Assembly: GCA_965603825.1 (NCBI GenBank)
Contig: CBFDEM010000053.1
Location: 1,240,001-1,304,000 of the forward strand
DNA length: 64,000 bases
From: Blepharisma stoltei ATCC 30299
Taxonomy: Eukaryota > Protista > Ciliophora
Direction of reading: 5' to 3'
Under the pieces are notes generated by a model. It made no database searches. It saw only the letters and a program-made list of their open reading frames with translations, and was not told the origin of the DNA. Positions 1 through 11,940 of the stretch are shown here, in pieces (within the stretch, counting starts at the first letter, position 1; the number at the start of each line of letters is the position of its first letter). The translations under genes were made by a program, and so were the position numbers.

Positions 1-1762
1 CTACGAGCTTAGAAGAGTTATACATATATCCAAGATGTGGAGAGGACAAAGTCAAGAAAAACTGCATTTTTTCAGAAATTGACTCTAGATGAGGCAAAGC
101 TGCACGAATGATAACTCCTCCTAAAGAATGGCCTATAAAGGACACTTTATGGAGGCTTTTCCCAGGGCATCATTCTTCTATATAGCTCAGGACTTCTCGA
201 GCTAGACGTTGTCCCATGTCAAATATGTCCCCTTCAGTTTCACCTTCGTTCATATGAGAGCACATTAATACACAGTCAGGCCTGAGCAATGCAATTTGGT
301 TTCTTATTGTTCGGACATCAAAAGAGTTCCCTTGGAATCCATGGCATAGCACTATTAAATGCAGCCCTTTTCTTTGGATTCTTGGGTCATTCATAGGGGT
401 TATCCAAGTAGGATCCCATGGATCTTGCATGTCAGTCTGCTCATCTTCAGTGATCTTGGTATATATATCTTGAAATACAATTGGATGCCACTCAGGTGGA
501 GGGAAAAAATTGGTTTTCATCACAGGGATCTGCTCTAAATTCTTGTAATATGGAGTTTTTCTTAGTGTTCTTGACAAAGCTCTGTGGCTTTCTCCTATTT
601 TTTGGTCTGTTGTTAACGCAAACTCTTCAACCTTCTTGACTTCCCTAAAAATGCTTTCTCCCCATCTATCTTTAAGTTTCTGGTTAAACTGATATTGTAG
701 CATTGCGCATATAGGCTTTGGAGAGGCCTTTATTAGATCAATAAATTGTATACCAAGATAGTACATTTGCCCTGCGAATTCTTGGATTTCCATAAGAATT
801 TTTTCAGCGACTGCTTCAGGATCCCGAGACTCTTCTCGTTCACTGAAAGGAAGTCTTCATAAAGAATTCATAGATGCGTTTGTACCTATAGTAGAATCCC
901 CATCACTGTTTTCTTCCCTTTGTGATAAAGGGTTTGGGATCTTTGGGATTGAATTTTTAATTTTTGACGGGATATGAAAATTAATCCATTCTTCCATCAA
1001 TTTTCTATTTTTTTCATGAGCCATGATTAATTGATTTATGTAAATATCATGGACTTGATCAATTAATTCTGGCGTGATCTCTGTAGCGTTTTTAAACATA
1101 TACTGAGATAAAGTTTTTGGCAAATTAATTTCTACATCAGTTAAGATTTCGCCTTTTCTCTTTAGGGCTTCTTCTTCTGGACTTAACAAAGGATTTGGCC
1201 TGAATCTGAAATCAATGAGCACTACATGAAATGCTGTATTTGCAACACAGCAGTGATTTTCGTCAAACACAATAGGATAAAATGCATTAATTCCTTGCAG
1301 GGATCCAGTCACATTCAATTGAATTGTGCAAGCTGTGGTAAACTCTGGAGGGTTTCTAATGGTTGCTTTAATTTTGTCTTCATCTATTCTTCCTTCCAAG
1401 TCATAAAACATTAAATCCACTTCAAAAATCATATTAAGCTCTTGATAATCTTTGGACAGCTCAATTTCAGTTCTAAATACTCCTATATCATTAATGTCAA
1501 CTTCTTCATCACTATATTTGATCAGAAAGCAACGTGATCTGAAACTTGTGTCTTCTATCTGAGCTGGAAAAACTCTATAAAGGTCTTTCAGTACTGATGA
1601 TTCTTCATATGTATGAAAATTGTATGGAGAGGCCGGCAGCTTGTAGCCGCGAGAGATGTGATATAAACGAAAGTTTAAATAATAAAGACCTTGCTGGTAA
1701 AGATCAATGTTGCGAAAACTTTCAAGCTGGACTATGACTTCGATGATTGCTCTCAGTGACAT
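1..1762 (-). CDS. FAM135-like / DUF676 putative lipase (alpha/beta hydrolase), runs off the window at its 3' end
   Basis: ORFs 857..1762 and 170..793 are one frame joined through TGA at 857-859 and 170-172. N-terminal FRNIDLYQQGLY, then HLIVLCHGFQGNSFD, and the nucleophile motif SFIGHSLGG just after the second TGA. Confidence 0.85.
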
Positions 1763-2062
1763 TTATTAATAGGTTTTTTTGTATTTGAATTGAGAGAATT
1801 AAAAATTTTACGAAAACTGAATGGACGATTATAGACACTTTTATTAGTTTAATCTTTAATTAAATTTTTAAAATAGCTTTTAGAATTAAATTTAAATGCT
1901 TATTTTATATGCTGCTGTTTCACTTTAAATTTATATGAATTTAACTTAAAAATGTATATACCTAGATAAAAGAAAATTTGCAAAAAACAAAATATTCGTA
2001 CTTTGACCAGCTTTTATTCAGAATTTAGCATAATAGAACTTATAACTCCTAGTTGAATAAAT

Positions 2063-3316
2063 ATGAAGGTCATCTTAATTTGCTGTCTTTTCTTATTTGC
2101 AGCGAGCCATGAAAGTGACTATCAGCATCTGCTTCATGGCATCTTACAAGGTGCAGAGCTCATCAGCCCATCATTTCAGTTAAATTGCAAAATATCAATT
2201 CCTCGCTTTCTCGAAGCCTACCAATTTGATGAAACTTGGGAATCAATCATTTCTGATGCAATTTTATATTCAGAATACTGCAAGTTCACCTCAGCAAAAG
2301 AAACCTTGCTGCAATTTAAATCTTCGGACTCACTCATGACAAAGTCATTTTCCAAGCTCAGCGAGGCCATTGCAAGTGACAGAGTTGTCCCATCAAGCAA
2401 TCTTAATCAATATGGTGTCTCAATCGGAGCTTTTCTTAAGCCTTATTTTGCCTTAGCATCTCCCACTGTCCTTGACTTCGAGTTCTCTGGAGATATTTCA
2501 GCTCTGACATCAGGAAAATATCCAACAGCGATTTTCCATGGTCTGGGAGACTGTTGCTACTACCCTGGGGATATTGAGTTCACTGATTACATTCGTAAAA
2601 ACGTTGGAACTTATACACGATGTGTCGAAATTGGTGACGGGTCTGCTACCAGTTGGCTTGAAGCCTTCCAATCTCAAGCTAATGAAGGATGCGAAAAGAT
2701 CAGAGCTGACCCAGAATTTGCCAATGGACTAAATGTGATTGGGCTATCTCAAGGAGGGTTAATAGCAAGATCTATTGCTGAAGAATGTGGAATGCCTGTG
2801 CATGTCCTCGTTACTATGGGCGGGCCACATATGGGAGTTGCAGCAATGCCGAACTGTTTTAATGGATTTTACTGCGACATTGTCAACGCTGCCATTGATA
2901 AAGACGTATATAGCAGCTTCTGCCAAAACCACCTCGGCCCTCCTGGCTACTTCAAAGATCCATATAGATACGACGCTTATCTTAAAAACAGCAACTTTTT
3001 AGCAACCCTTAACAATGAAAAATCACTCAACACCACCTATGTAACAGGGATGCAGAATTTAGATAATTTAGTCCTTGTTAAATTTACAGAAGATACTATT
3101 GTAGACCCACCAGACAGCGAATGGTTCGGATACTTTGAAAATGATAGTCATCATCTTGTACCAATGAACCAAACTACTGATTTTCACCAAAATTTAATTG
3201 GCTTACAACAACTTTACGCTCAAGAAAAGATGCATTTTATCCCTATCCAAGGTAACCATTTACAATTTACTGAAGCCGAGTTCACTCAGCTGGTGTTGCC
3301 TTATCTTTTACAATAA
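2063..3316 (+). CDS. PPT1: Palmitoyl-protein thioesterase 1-like, with signal peptide and N-terminal extension
   Basis: Hydrophobic N-terminus; IFHGLGDCC, GLSQGG (catalytic Ser), GGPHMGV, DTIVDPPDSEWFG, GNHLQF; ends TAA. Confidence 0.9.
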   Translation: MKVILICCLFLFAASHESDYQHLLHGILQGAELISPSFQLNCKISIPRFLEAYQFDETWESIISDAILYSEYCKFTSAKETLLQFKSSDSLMTKSFSKLSEAIASDRVVPSSNLNQYGVSIGAFLKPYFALASPTVLDFEFSGDISALTSGKYPTAIFHGLGDCCYYPGDIEFTDYIRKNVGTYTRCVEIGDGSATSWLEAFQSQANEGCEKIRADPEFANGLNVIGLSQGGLIARSIAEECGMPVHVLVTMGGPHMGVAAMPNCFNGFYCDIVNAAIDKDVYSSFCQNHLGPPGYFKDPYRYDAYLKNSNFLATLNNEKSLNTTYVTGMQNLDNLVLVKFTEDTIVDPPDSEWFGYFENDSHHLVPMNQTTDFHQNLIGLQQLYAQEKMHFIPIQGNHLQFTEAEFTQLVLPYLLQ

Positions 3317-3360
3317 TTTAATGGCAATAACCTTAAATTGGAAAAATAAATTAGCATAAA

Positions 3361-4371
3361 TTAAACTGCAGTGGCTTCGACCACGAAAAGTCTTTTCACA
3401 GGCTGGTAGTTTGTGATTCTGAACCCGCTTCTATCAAAAATTTGTTCAAGTTCTTGCCTTGTTCTTATTCTCCCTTCACTTACGATCAGATCATAAATGT
3501 CTAACTGAGACACAAGTTTGTAGGTGCTTTGGTCATGTCTGTCAAGAATATGGTCAGTTAAAAATAATTTATTGCCGTGTTCTATTGCCCTTCTGCAGTT
3601 CTTTAGGATATTTTCTAGCTGCTGGTTATTATACTCAGAAATCGCGCATTTAAGGATCACAGTGTCAAACCCTTCAGGTACTGCATCCACGAAGTTTCCT
3701 GATGCAACTTTAATCCTTTCCCCATGTCCATAATCAGAAATATTTTTTTCTACAAAATTCCTGAATACCGTCTGCTCATAAATTGTCCCAGTAAAATCTC
3801 TATAAACTTTAGCCAATTCATTTAGCAAAGTCCCGTCTCTTCCTCCAACTTCAATGACTTTTCTGGAATTTCTTAAATCTATATGTGGAGCTATGTCATT
3901 TGCAACTATTTTTATAAACATCTTATAGGTTGCTATATACTCTTCTAATAATTCTGGTCTTTGGCTTATGAAATCGTTGAATGTTTGGTTAAATTTAAGT
4001 TCTGGTGCTGTTTTTTCAGATTTTAAAACTTCAGGAAATACACTGTAAAATTCATAACGATATGGATTTAATGATAATTTTACGAATTTAGCAAATTGTT
4101 CGTTCAGGAGGCACTCTGTGATGCTTGTATTGGAAAATTGACGGGTTTGTTCATTATAAGCGAAGAGCTTTTCAGTTTCAAGGGCAAGAAGGACACGCTC
4201 CAATTTATCTGGGACTGATGATGATTCTGATGCAAGCTCTTCTGCTGTTTTAGGACCTGAAGCTAAAAGTCTGGGAATGTTTAAATCGACGACAGAGTAT
4301 AAAAGAATACCAAGCTGAGGACCAAATAGCATTTTTTGAATCTTTGCTTCTCTATCGGAATATTCTTGCAT
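3361..4371 (-). CDS. SAM-dependent O-methyltransferase family 2 protein (dimerisation + methyltransferase domains), divergent motifs
   Basis: GPKTAEELA winged-helix region, VIEVGGRDG SAM-binding loop, GNFVDAVPEGFD, GRIRTRQEL..IFDRSGF; ends TAA. Confidence 0.85.
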   Translation of the reverse strand: MQEYSDREAKIQKMLFGPQLGILLYSVVDLNIPRLLASGPKTAEELASESSSVPDKLERVLLALETEKLFAYNEQTRQFSNTSITECLLNEQFAKFVKLSLNPYRYEFYSVFPEVLKSEKTAPELKFNQTFNDFISQRPELLEEYIATYKMFIKIVANDIAPHIDLRNSRKVIEVGGRDGTLLNELAKVYRDFTGTIYEQTVFRNFVEKNISDYGHGERIKVASGNFVDAVPEGFDTVILKCAISEYNNQQLENILKNCRRAIEHGNKLFLTDHILDRHDQSTYKLVSQLDIYDLIVSEGRIRTRQELEQIFDRSGFRITNYQPVKRLFVVEATAV

Positions 4372-4887
4372 ATTATTTATTATTTACCATTAAAAATGCT
4401 AATTTATTATCTTTGATTATTGTCCATTATGGAATATAAATTCGACAGAATAAAATTAGGAGTCAGAATAGGAGAATATACTGAAAATTCAAAAAATTGT
4501 ATTATTAGATAGAAGGAAAAACACCTTTTTTGAAAATATAGTATAAAATACACAAATACCCTTTTATTTGAAATTTAGGAGTCTTAGATGTGGATTAAAT
4601 TTATCGTGAGGTAAATAATTGATTCCTAATTAATTTCAAGTGTAATTAAATATAAATATTTTAGAAATAGTGCTTTTATTATCGTATTTAGGAGTGTTTA
4701 TAGCGTGCATTAGCGTTTTAATATTTATTATTAGCATAATACATAGATTATAAATGTTGAAATCGTATAAATTATTTCTTCAGGAATAATAAATAGTTTG
4801 CAATCAAATTATTGATATGATATGTATAATAAAGTGTCATTAAAATAACTATATAAAATCTCAATAAAAATCATAACAAACTTTATC

Positions 4888-5331
4888 ATGAAACTTGGAA
4901 ACCAAGCAACGCTTTCTCCTTCTTCTACTAATAGCTCACGAACTAAATTTTCACTATCCGCTTCCCCATATTCAAGAAACAACAAGTATCTCTCAACAAT
5001 TAAAAAACGCCTGGAATCCTTTAAGGATTCTTATCTAATGCATTTAGACAGCAAATCGATTTCTCGAAGTCCACTTTCTAAAAGAGGAGCTCTGATTATT
5101 AGAAAAGATTTAAAATTGCCTGAAGAAACCAAAAAAATATTTTCTGAGAAAAGAAATTCCCCTGAATCACGAAATTTAGCTCAAATTGCAGGGATAAAAA
5201 ACAAAAAGCCGCTAAAAATTCATTTAAGAAGTCCACAAACTCCGTTTAAAGATGAAAGCATTCAAAAGCAATACGAAGAAATAGAGTTGCTATTTAGGAA
5301 GCACCACCAGAACCTGACTCCTGCCAATTAA
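4888..5331 (+). CDS. Hypothetical basic Ser/Lys-rich protein (147 aa)
   Basis: Open ATG-TAA frame after an AT-rich intergenic region; no recognisable domain. Confidence 0.6.
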   Translation: MKLGNQATLSPSSTNSSRTKFSLSASPYSRNNKYLSTIKKRLESFKDSYLMHLDSKSISRSPLSKRGALIIRKDLKLPEETKKIFSEKRNSPESRNLAQIAGIKNKKPLKIHLRSPQTPFKDESIQKQYEEIELLFRKHHQNLTPAN

Positions 5332-5346
5332 TAGCTATTTATTTAA

Positions 5347-6015
5347 TTATCCAAATTTAAGATAAAGCCCAAGTACAATAATAAGGAAAAGTGCAATAAA
5401 CGGCCCATACTTTCGGATCCACATCATCATGTTTAGTGTTTTTGATTTATCAGCGAACTTTTTAGAGTCGTCTCTGAGCTTGTGGGCCATGCTCTGTATA
5501 TTCACAAGTGTGATATCCCTTTCGAGTAAAGTGTCAATATTTTGCCTCATAATTGTTTTGACATCCTCAAGTTCTTTTTGCACATCAATCATGTCACTAT
5601 TTGGGCTTAAGTATTGCTGCCTTTTTTTCTTAATGAACCTATCAAATTTCAAGAAAAAATACGGCCTTTCAATCGTCTCAATTTTGGACCTAAAATCGAC
5701 ACTTTCACCAGTTCCCCATTGCTTTTTCAATTCTTCATGAAATCCTCCAATAATTTCATCTAAGAACGCTAGAGCTAGTTTTCTAGGGTATTTTCCTTCT
5801 GCGCAAGTCAAAAAGCACACCCCGTCGACGATTTTATAATAAAATGTGTGATTGAGTTCAGTTTCTAGGATGCAAGCATCTGGAGCTCGATTTAATTTCT
5901 TCATGACTTTTTTTGCAAGCCCTTTAAGCTCGAAAGATTCTTTTTGCATATCTTCATATGTTTCACATAGCATCATGCCATCAGAGACCCTTCCAATAAA
6001 TGTCAGCTTTGGCAT
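5347..6015 (-). CDS. SEC22: Longin R-SNARE Sec22
   Basis: IGRVSDGMML longin start, YPRKLALAFL, IETIERPYFFLKFD, SNARE motif DVKTIMRQNIDTLLERD, C-terminal TM anchor. Confidence 0.92.
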   Translation of the reverse strand: MPKLTFIGRVSDGMMLCETYEDMQKESFELKGLAKKVMKKLNRAPDACILETELNHTFYYKIVDGVCFLTCAEGKYPRKLALAFLDEIIGGFHEELKKQWGTGESVDFRSKIETIERPYFFLKFDRFIKKKRQQYLSPNSDMIDVQKELEDVKTIMRQNIDTLLERDITLVNIQSMAHKLRDDSKKFADKSKTLNMMMWIRKYGPFIALFLIIVLGLYLKFG

Positions 6016-6588
6016 TTCTGAATAGGAAAATTATTATGGAAATTATCAAAATATTTACATGTGGGAAGTTTATACATTGAGTGCAGAGATTTTAAAAGAA
6101 GTGATAATTTTTGGACTCTATAATAAGTATAAAAGGATTTTAGTGCTATACAACTATGAAAAAAAATTTAATTATCTTAAGCAAATATTTAGCTTATTTC
6201 TTATTTACTGTATGAATATGATTTATGATTGCAAATATAGCAAGATATTAATTATTTTTATAATTAGTAATAAGCTTCTTCAATTATTATTTTTAGTAAT
6301 CTTCCTGATTTCAAATTTCTTTGCTATCTATTATTCTAATTTTTAGGTGTTAAATTTTAAATTTAATCATATCGATAAGATTTCTAATTTTTAAAACTTT
6401 TATTTTACTACAATGCTCTATCAATTATATAAATGCCATTTTAAAAATCTTACAAACACTTCATTGTCGAATTTAAAATTTTCTTAAATAATTAATATAA
6501 TCTTTAATTTTATAGTGCCTGAAAAATTTTCTATTTTATTATTCAGCCAAAATTTAATTTAATTTTTACCACTAAAATATAAATAATA

Positions 6589-7374
6589 ATGACTTCAGTC
6601 AAAGAAGAAACATCAGTTTTGGGCACCGATGAAGACGAGTCGCCAAATAGCTCAAAAAGCAGGCGCCGTTCTAAACGTGATCTTCAAGGTCGTACCTTTA
6701 AATGCGGGTGCGAAAAAATGTATTTGAGCTACCCAGCATTATATACTCATATAAAAACTAAACATGATGGGATTTCTCCTCCGGGCACTGAAAATCCTCA
6801 TCCTATGACTAACAGAGGTAGAGGAAGGCCACGAAAAACTCAAATAGGAAAAGAAGAAAAAGAAGAAACAAAAGAGACACCAGAAGAAAATCCTTTAGAA
6901 GAACTACAAATTAATGGCGGTCAAACAGACCCAATTATTGGCTTTGAAGATTCTAATTCAGAACTTCTAAATAAAATAAAAGAATGAAAAGATAAACTTA
7001 TTGATGACTTCTTTGACAAAGAAAATTTATCTTGCGATGATGTGTTTGCTATCTATTTGATAGAAATTGCCAGAATTATAGAAGAAGATGCATATAAAAA
7101 TTTTGTATTATTTTTTGAAAATTTAAGAATCTGCCTAAATTTAAGAGGATACCAGATGCACTCTGAAGAGAAATTAGAGAAAATTAATAATTATTGCGTG
7201 TTAAAAGGCCCAGAAAAGGTTCCTGGAATATTTAATTATTATATCCAACAATTTATGCCGCTGAATTTTCCATCGTTTAATAAAGACTTCGCGATTAGAA
7301 TTTCTATTCATTTCGATAAGTGGCTATTGAAAAATAATTTGACTGATATGAAGATAATTTTGACAGAAGATTAA
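6589..7374 (+). CDS. C2H2 zinc finger + AT-hook protein (261 aa)
   Basis: CGCEKMYLSYPALYTHIKTKH finger and GRGRGRPRK AT-hook. TGA at 6985-6987 read as Trp joins the frame to 7042..7374. Confidence 0.8.
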
Positions 7375-7830
7375 AATAATAAACTATAACGAAGTATTAA
7401 AATTGGTATTTTCTTGCATTAATTATTAACTAATATATTATAAAATATTTGTAAATCTCATAAATGTAACCACAATATTGTTTATAGCGCTATTTTTTTA
7501 AATAATTTCTTTTAAATTGTATTATCCTTAAAAATAAATTGACTAAAATTAGAGCGCATTGTGGTATTAGTAAATAGATTTTCTAAAACATACCGTAAAT
7601 TTAGCATATAATGAAAGCATTAGCAAGAGGTTAATATTTTTTATTAAATTTTAAATATAGCTAAGGAAATGATAATAATTTAGAATAAAATATATTTGTT
7701 TTAGGGTAAAATAAACTTAAATAAAAAAGCATATAAAATATTGATAACAGCTTTTGAGATAAGCACCAAAAATAGAAATTTGATAAAGTAAAATAATAAA
7801 AACGTATATATACAGCTAGATAATTAAATA

Positions 7831-9903
7831 ATGGCTTTCTACCTCAATTCAAATGATGAATGCGCTGATATACCTATTGATGATATTAATAAATTTACTT
7901 TGCTAGAAAAAATTGCTGAAGAAGAATTTGGAAATAGCTGAGAAGCAGAAAACAAATTTTCTCAAAATGAATATCTCATCAAGCAAATCTATAAAGAAAA
8001 AATCAATGAAGCCCTAAAAGAAATACTGACTGGGATTAGCTTCTTGCATAGAATTAATAACTCAAATATTTTGAGGCTAATATCTTGCTCAGAAGATGAG
8101 ACATCTATTTATTTAATATTAGAGAAGCCACCCAGATTGAAACCTATGACAGTTGATTTATGTGATTTTGAGCTAAAACAAATATTTTTAGGACTCATTA
8201 TTTTATCTCAGGTAATTCAATCATCGAAGTTAATAAAAAAATTTAGGCTATTATCCACAAATATGCTATGATTTGATAATTCTGGAATTATGAAAATTGA
8301 TATATGACAGAATTTTATTAAGGACAGCAAAATATCTAATGATTTCAGTCCAATAAAGAATTTAGGCATAATTTTCTATGAACTTTTGGCACATAAAATG
8401 CCTCAAGGAGAATTAGAAAAAAATAAGCTAAAATTTCCTTTGAGTATATCTTATGCTGCAAAGATGCTGGTGAAAACTGCCTTGTTTAATGATGAGATTA
8501 GTTTAGAAGATTTGCTTGATTTTGAGTGGCTCAATGATATTTCTATTGATAATATATCCAGGCTTTCAAATATTAGTGGCAAAAGAAAATCAAAAAATAC
8601 CCCTAGAAATAGCTTTTTGTTTACTAAGCCTTCTTTCGCACAGGAAAAAAGCCCGAGAAATGAAGATAACAATGATGATCTTTCATATTCTGATAGTGAA
8701 AATGAGAGGGATTCGATGCTATTAAATAGTGATTTTATTGAAGAAATTGCTGCTAGAGAAAGTATAAAGCAGTTTAAAGATAGAATTGACATGAATTTTT
8801 CTAACTCTAATTTAATGAAAGCTAAAATTCTTGAAGCGAATATCCAGTTGATTAGTTTAAACACAACATTACTTAGCTTAGAAGCAGAAGTTGACAAAAG
8901 AACAGAAATTGCAGATAGAAAAAATCAAGAAGAAAACTCAAAGTTGCTGCTTTCCTTAAAGAAAAACCGAAAAATTACCGAAAGTATTTTAGAACTCCAA
9001 GAAGAATATAATTTCCGCTTAGACGACCTCGAACATCTAAAAGCAAAAAAAAGCCAAGTTCAGGCTTTACTTAAATCCCAAGAAACCCGTTTAACTTCAT
9101 CTCAGTTCAAATTATCAACTCTTAAGCTTGAACTATCCAAAATAAGTTCTAAGGCAAAAAAGTTTTCAATATATAAAAAAATTTTTTCTCCAGTTTGAGA
9201 AGAGTCAAAATCATTCCTAAACTACAGAATAGAAAAAGTTTCTCAGACTTTACTTAAACCTAAAGACCTTGAAGATGCAAAAAGCTATATTTCTTCGCTT
9301 TTCGATCAAGAAGATTCTTCTATTTCAGAGCATGGAGAAATTACTATTGATTTAGAGCAACTTAAAAGCAAAATAAAAAAGAAAAATAAACTTTACTCAA
9401 ATAAAGAAGAAGATATTTTGCTTGCGCAGAAGGACTATAAGCTTGCTAAATTGAAAATTCTGAATGATTTAAAAGAAGAAAGGCAAAATATTATGAAAAA
9501 GGCGAAAGAAATATGGGAATTAGAAGAAAAAAATAGAACTGAAAGTGCAAATATTAAAGCTCAAATCGAAGGAATCCCAGATTGTGGGCTACATTCAAAT
9601 AACTGCAATGATATTGACAGTTTATTTGAAAGAATAAAGGTAAATTTTATGTAGATTTTACAAAGAAAAAGGAACGAAACTTATAATAAAATAGATATTT
9701 TAGAGCACGAACATAAAAAAAATATAGAAATTATCGGGAAAAATAAAACAGTTTTGCAAAGAATTGAATATGAGCTTGCTGATGCTAAAATTCCTTATTT
9801 AATTACACAGCTGGAGATGCCTTTATTAAGGTCGAAAACAGAAAAATATGTGATAGAGCCACCAAATATTGAGCAGAAAATAAGATACGCCAGGTTTCTC
9901 TAA
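7831..9903 (+). CDS. Pseudokinase-like N-terminus + long coiled coil (about 685 aa, one intron)
   Basis: One frame from ATG 7831 through TGAs at 7939, 8269, 8305 and 9196 and intron 9640-9654 to TAA 9901-9903. Kinase-like remnants (YLIKQI, NSNILRLI, IYLILE, LGIIFYELL) but no HRD or DFG. Confidence 0.7.
9640..9654 (+). other. 15-nt spliceosomal intron
   Basis: GTAAATTTTATGTAG; removal deletes an in-frame TAG and extends the frame by more than 80 codons. Confidence 0.8.
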
Positions 9904-10076
9904 ATCAAAAAATCTTATAAGTTATTATATGCTAACATTAAAGTTATTATATTGTAAAATTGATAAGACCAGTCCATTATATTTAAAAACTTTCAATTAT
10001 AATTTGGCTGTCAATCTATAACTGCTTAATACTTTGATAGGTTGTAGTTGCTATTAATTAATTCAAAAAATTAATT

Positions 10077-10577
10077 TTACTTAAAAATCAGCCTATATAT
10101 ATAATTAATCAAATAGCTCGCCCCAATGCCTAAAAGTGCGGCAAAAATAAAAGTCACGAAATAATTCATTTTCGAAGGATTTTTTCTAATTTCTGCTAGC
10201 TGAACTCTAGAGGATACTTCTTTCAATAATAATCCAGTGCTTAAATGGTGAAACTTGCTAGGAATCTGCAATTCATAATTAATCTCTTCATGAGATTTTT
10301 TTTCAACTTCAAGGAACTTTATTAATGTATTTAAATTTGCTCTTGCTTCTATGGTGTTCTCATCTTTTGCTAGCGCTTCATCAATTTTTCCAAGAAGAGC
10401 CAAAGATCTGTCAATTTTCAATTTCACAGGAACTGAATCAGAAAAAGTGATGTGCTTTAGTTTTGGACTCAAATATAAAGAAATTTCTGCATTGATTCTG
10501 TCTATAATATTTCTGTTCTCGATTATTTCTTCTCCGAGATTGTTTAGTTTATCTTCTATCTCTTGAACAGTCTCCAT
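10077..10577 (-). CDS. Hypothetical tail-anchored coiled-coil protein (166 aa)
   Basis: Helical N-terminal region and one C-terminal hydrophobic segment YFVTFIFAALLGIGASYLINY. Confidence 0.7.
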   Translation of the reverse strand: METVQEIEDKLNNLGEEIIENRNIIDRINAEISLYLSPKLKHITFSDSVPVKLKIDRSLALLGKIDEALAKDENTIEARANLNTLIKFLEVEKKSHEEINYELQIPSKFHHLSTGLLLKEVSSRVQLAEIRKNPSKMNYFVTFIFAALLGIGASYLINYIYRLIFK

Positions 10578-10923
10578 TATAAATTTAATTAAGCTAAAAT
10601 TTACTTTCTTATAAAAAATATTAAAAAATTATTGATGATAAATCAATAAACTTATGATGTTTTTATCCTGTTTGTGCAAAAATTGCCTCATGCATAATTA
10701 ATTGAAATTGAGGGTATTTATTTACTTACAAAATTGTTTATGATTAAGAGAATTATTTAGCAAATTGCATAAAGATTGCATTTGTAAGAAAAGTTTTTCA
10801 GACTATCGCAAATATTTTAAATATTCTTGGAGAGAAAAAATGTTTGTTTAAATCTTGAAATACATTCATATTAATGATAGCATAATTGATCCTCAAAATA
10901 TATGGTGCTTGTTTATAAATAAT

Positions 10924-11709
10924 ATGGGAAATAGCCCAGCAAATGCTACAGTTACTCTTTCAAATAGTCCATCAAATGAAGATCCCTTAAGTCTTAACCA
11001 AAAAAAATCCTCGATATCAGAAGTTCTTGGAACTAAACCTCTCCAAAGAGCTGAGCTTAAATTAACTAGTCCGAGAACTCCATTTAAATCACCAAAAAAT
11101 CAAATTCAGCCTGATTTTGCTAAACGAAAAATACAAAGATCTAAAACCAATATAGAGCCGGGGTCTATAAAAATATGTTCTAAATGCTTATCAAAAATTC
11201 CATGTTATCATACAAGTGATGGAAAGTTCCAAAAAGCATCACTCAGCCCTGAAATAAATGTAGATGCGTCACCTAGTACTTATAGACGGTCTTATACAAA
11301 TCGAGCTTCATTTAAAGCATTAACATATGCAACATTAGAACATGAAGAAACTAATATAGCAAAACTCGAAATTAAGCTCCCAGAAATAGTATCCCCTAAA
11401 GGAATAAAAAAATCAATAGGAGGCTCGCCTTCAATAGTTGATGAACTAAGGGATCAAGAAATCAAATGCCAAAGACGGCAAGAAATTTTAATTGAGAAAA
11501 AAGAACAAGAATATGAAAAAATCGTAGAAGAAAGAAAACATGAAGAAATAATTAGAAAAGATACTATAAGAAGACTTGAAACCTTAAATCTGAATAAAGA
11601 AAAACAATTAAGAGAATTGGAAGGAAAAATTAAAAAAAGTAAAGATTATTTAAAAAATTCAATAAAGGGTGAAGGGAAATATGCCAAAGGAATGTGGGCA
11701 CTGATTTAA
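10924..11709 (+). CDS. Hypothetical protein with possible N-myristoylation start and C-terminal coiled coil
   Basis: ATG at 10924 (MGNSPA) preferred to the TTG at 10855; ends TAA. Confidence 0.65.
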   Translation: MGNSPANATVTLSNSPSNEDPLSLNQKKSSISEVLGTKPLQRAELKLTSPRTPFKSPKNQIQPDFAKRKIQRSKTNIEPGSIKICSKCLSKIPCYHTSDGKFQKASLSPEINVDASPSTYRRSYTNRASFKALTYATLEHEETNIAKLEIKLPEIVSPKGIKKSIGGSPSIVDELRDQEIKCQRRQEILIEKKEQEYEKIVEERKHEEIIRKDTIRRLETLNLNKEKQLRELEGKIKKSKDYLKNSIKGEGKYAKGMWALI

Positions 11710-11940
11710 AATTAATTAAAATAAATGCTGAAGTTAAAAACTGTTTAAGCCAAATTTCACAATTTTGGTTCTTGCATTTATATTATTATATTATATAAGT
11801 ATAGTCTGACTATTTACCTCTTTAAAGGAACTATGAAAACCGTCGATAATGAAATTAATCCTCCATATTAATTTTCTCAACAACTATTATCAGTGAGTTT
11901 CATTTAATTATCACTTTTGTTTTCCTATAATTACCAAAAA

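Noticed and set aside
6059-6346. 95-aa ORF in the track
   Set aside because: Extremely AT-rich, I/F/L/K/N/Y-biased frame in the divergent intergenic region; probably spurious.
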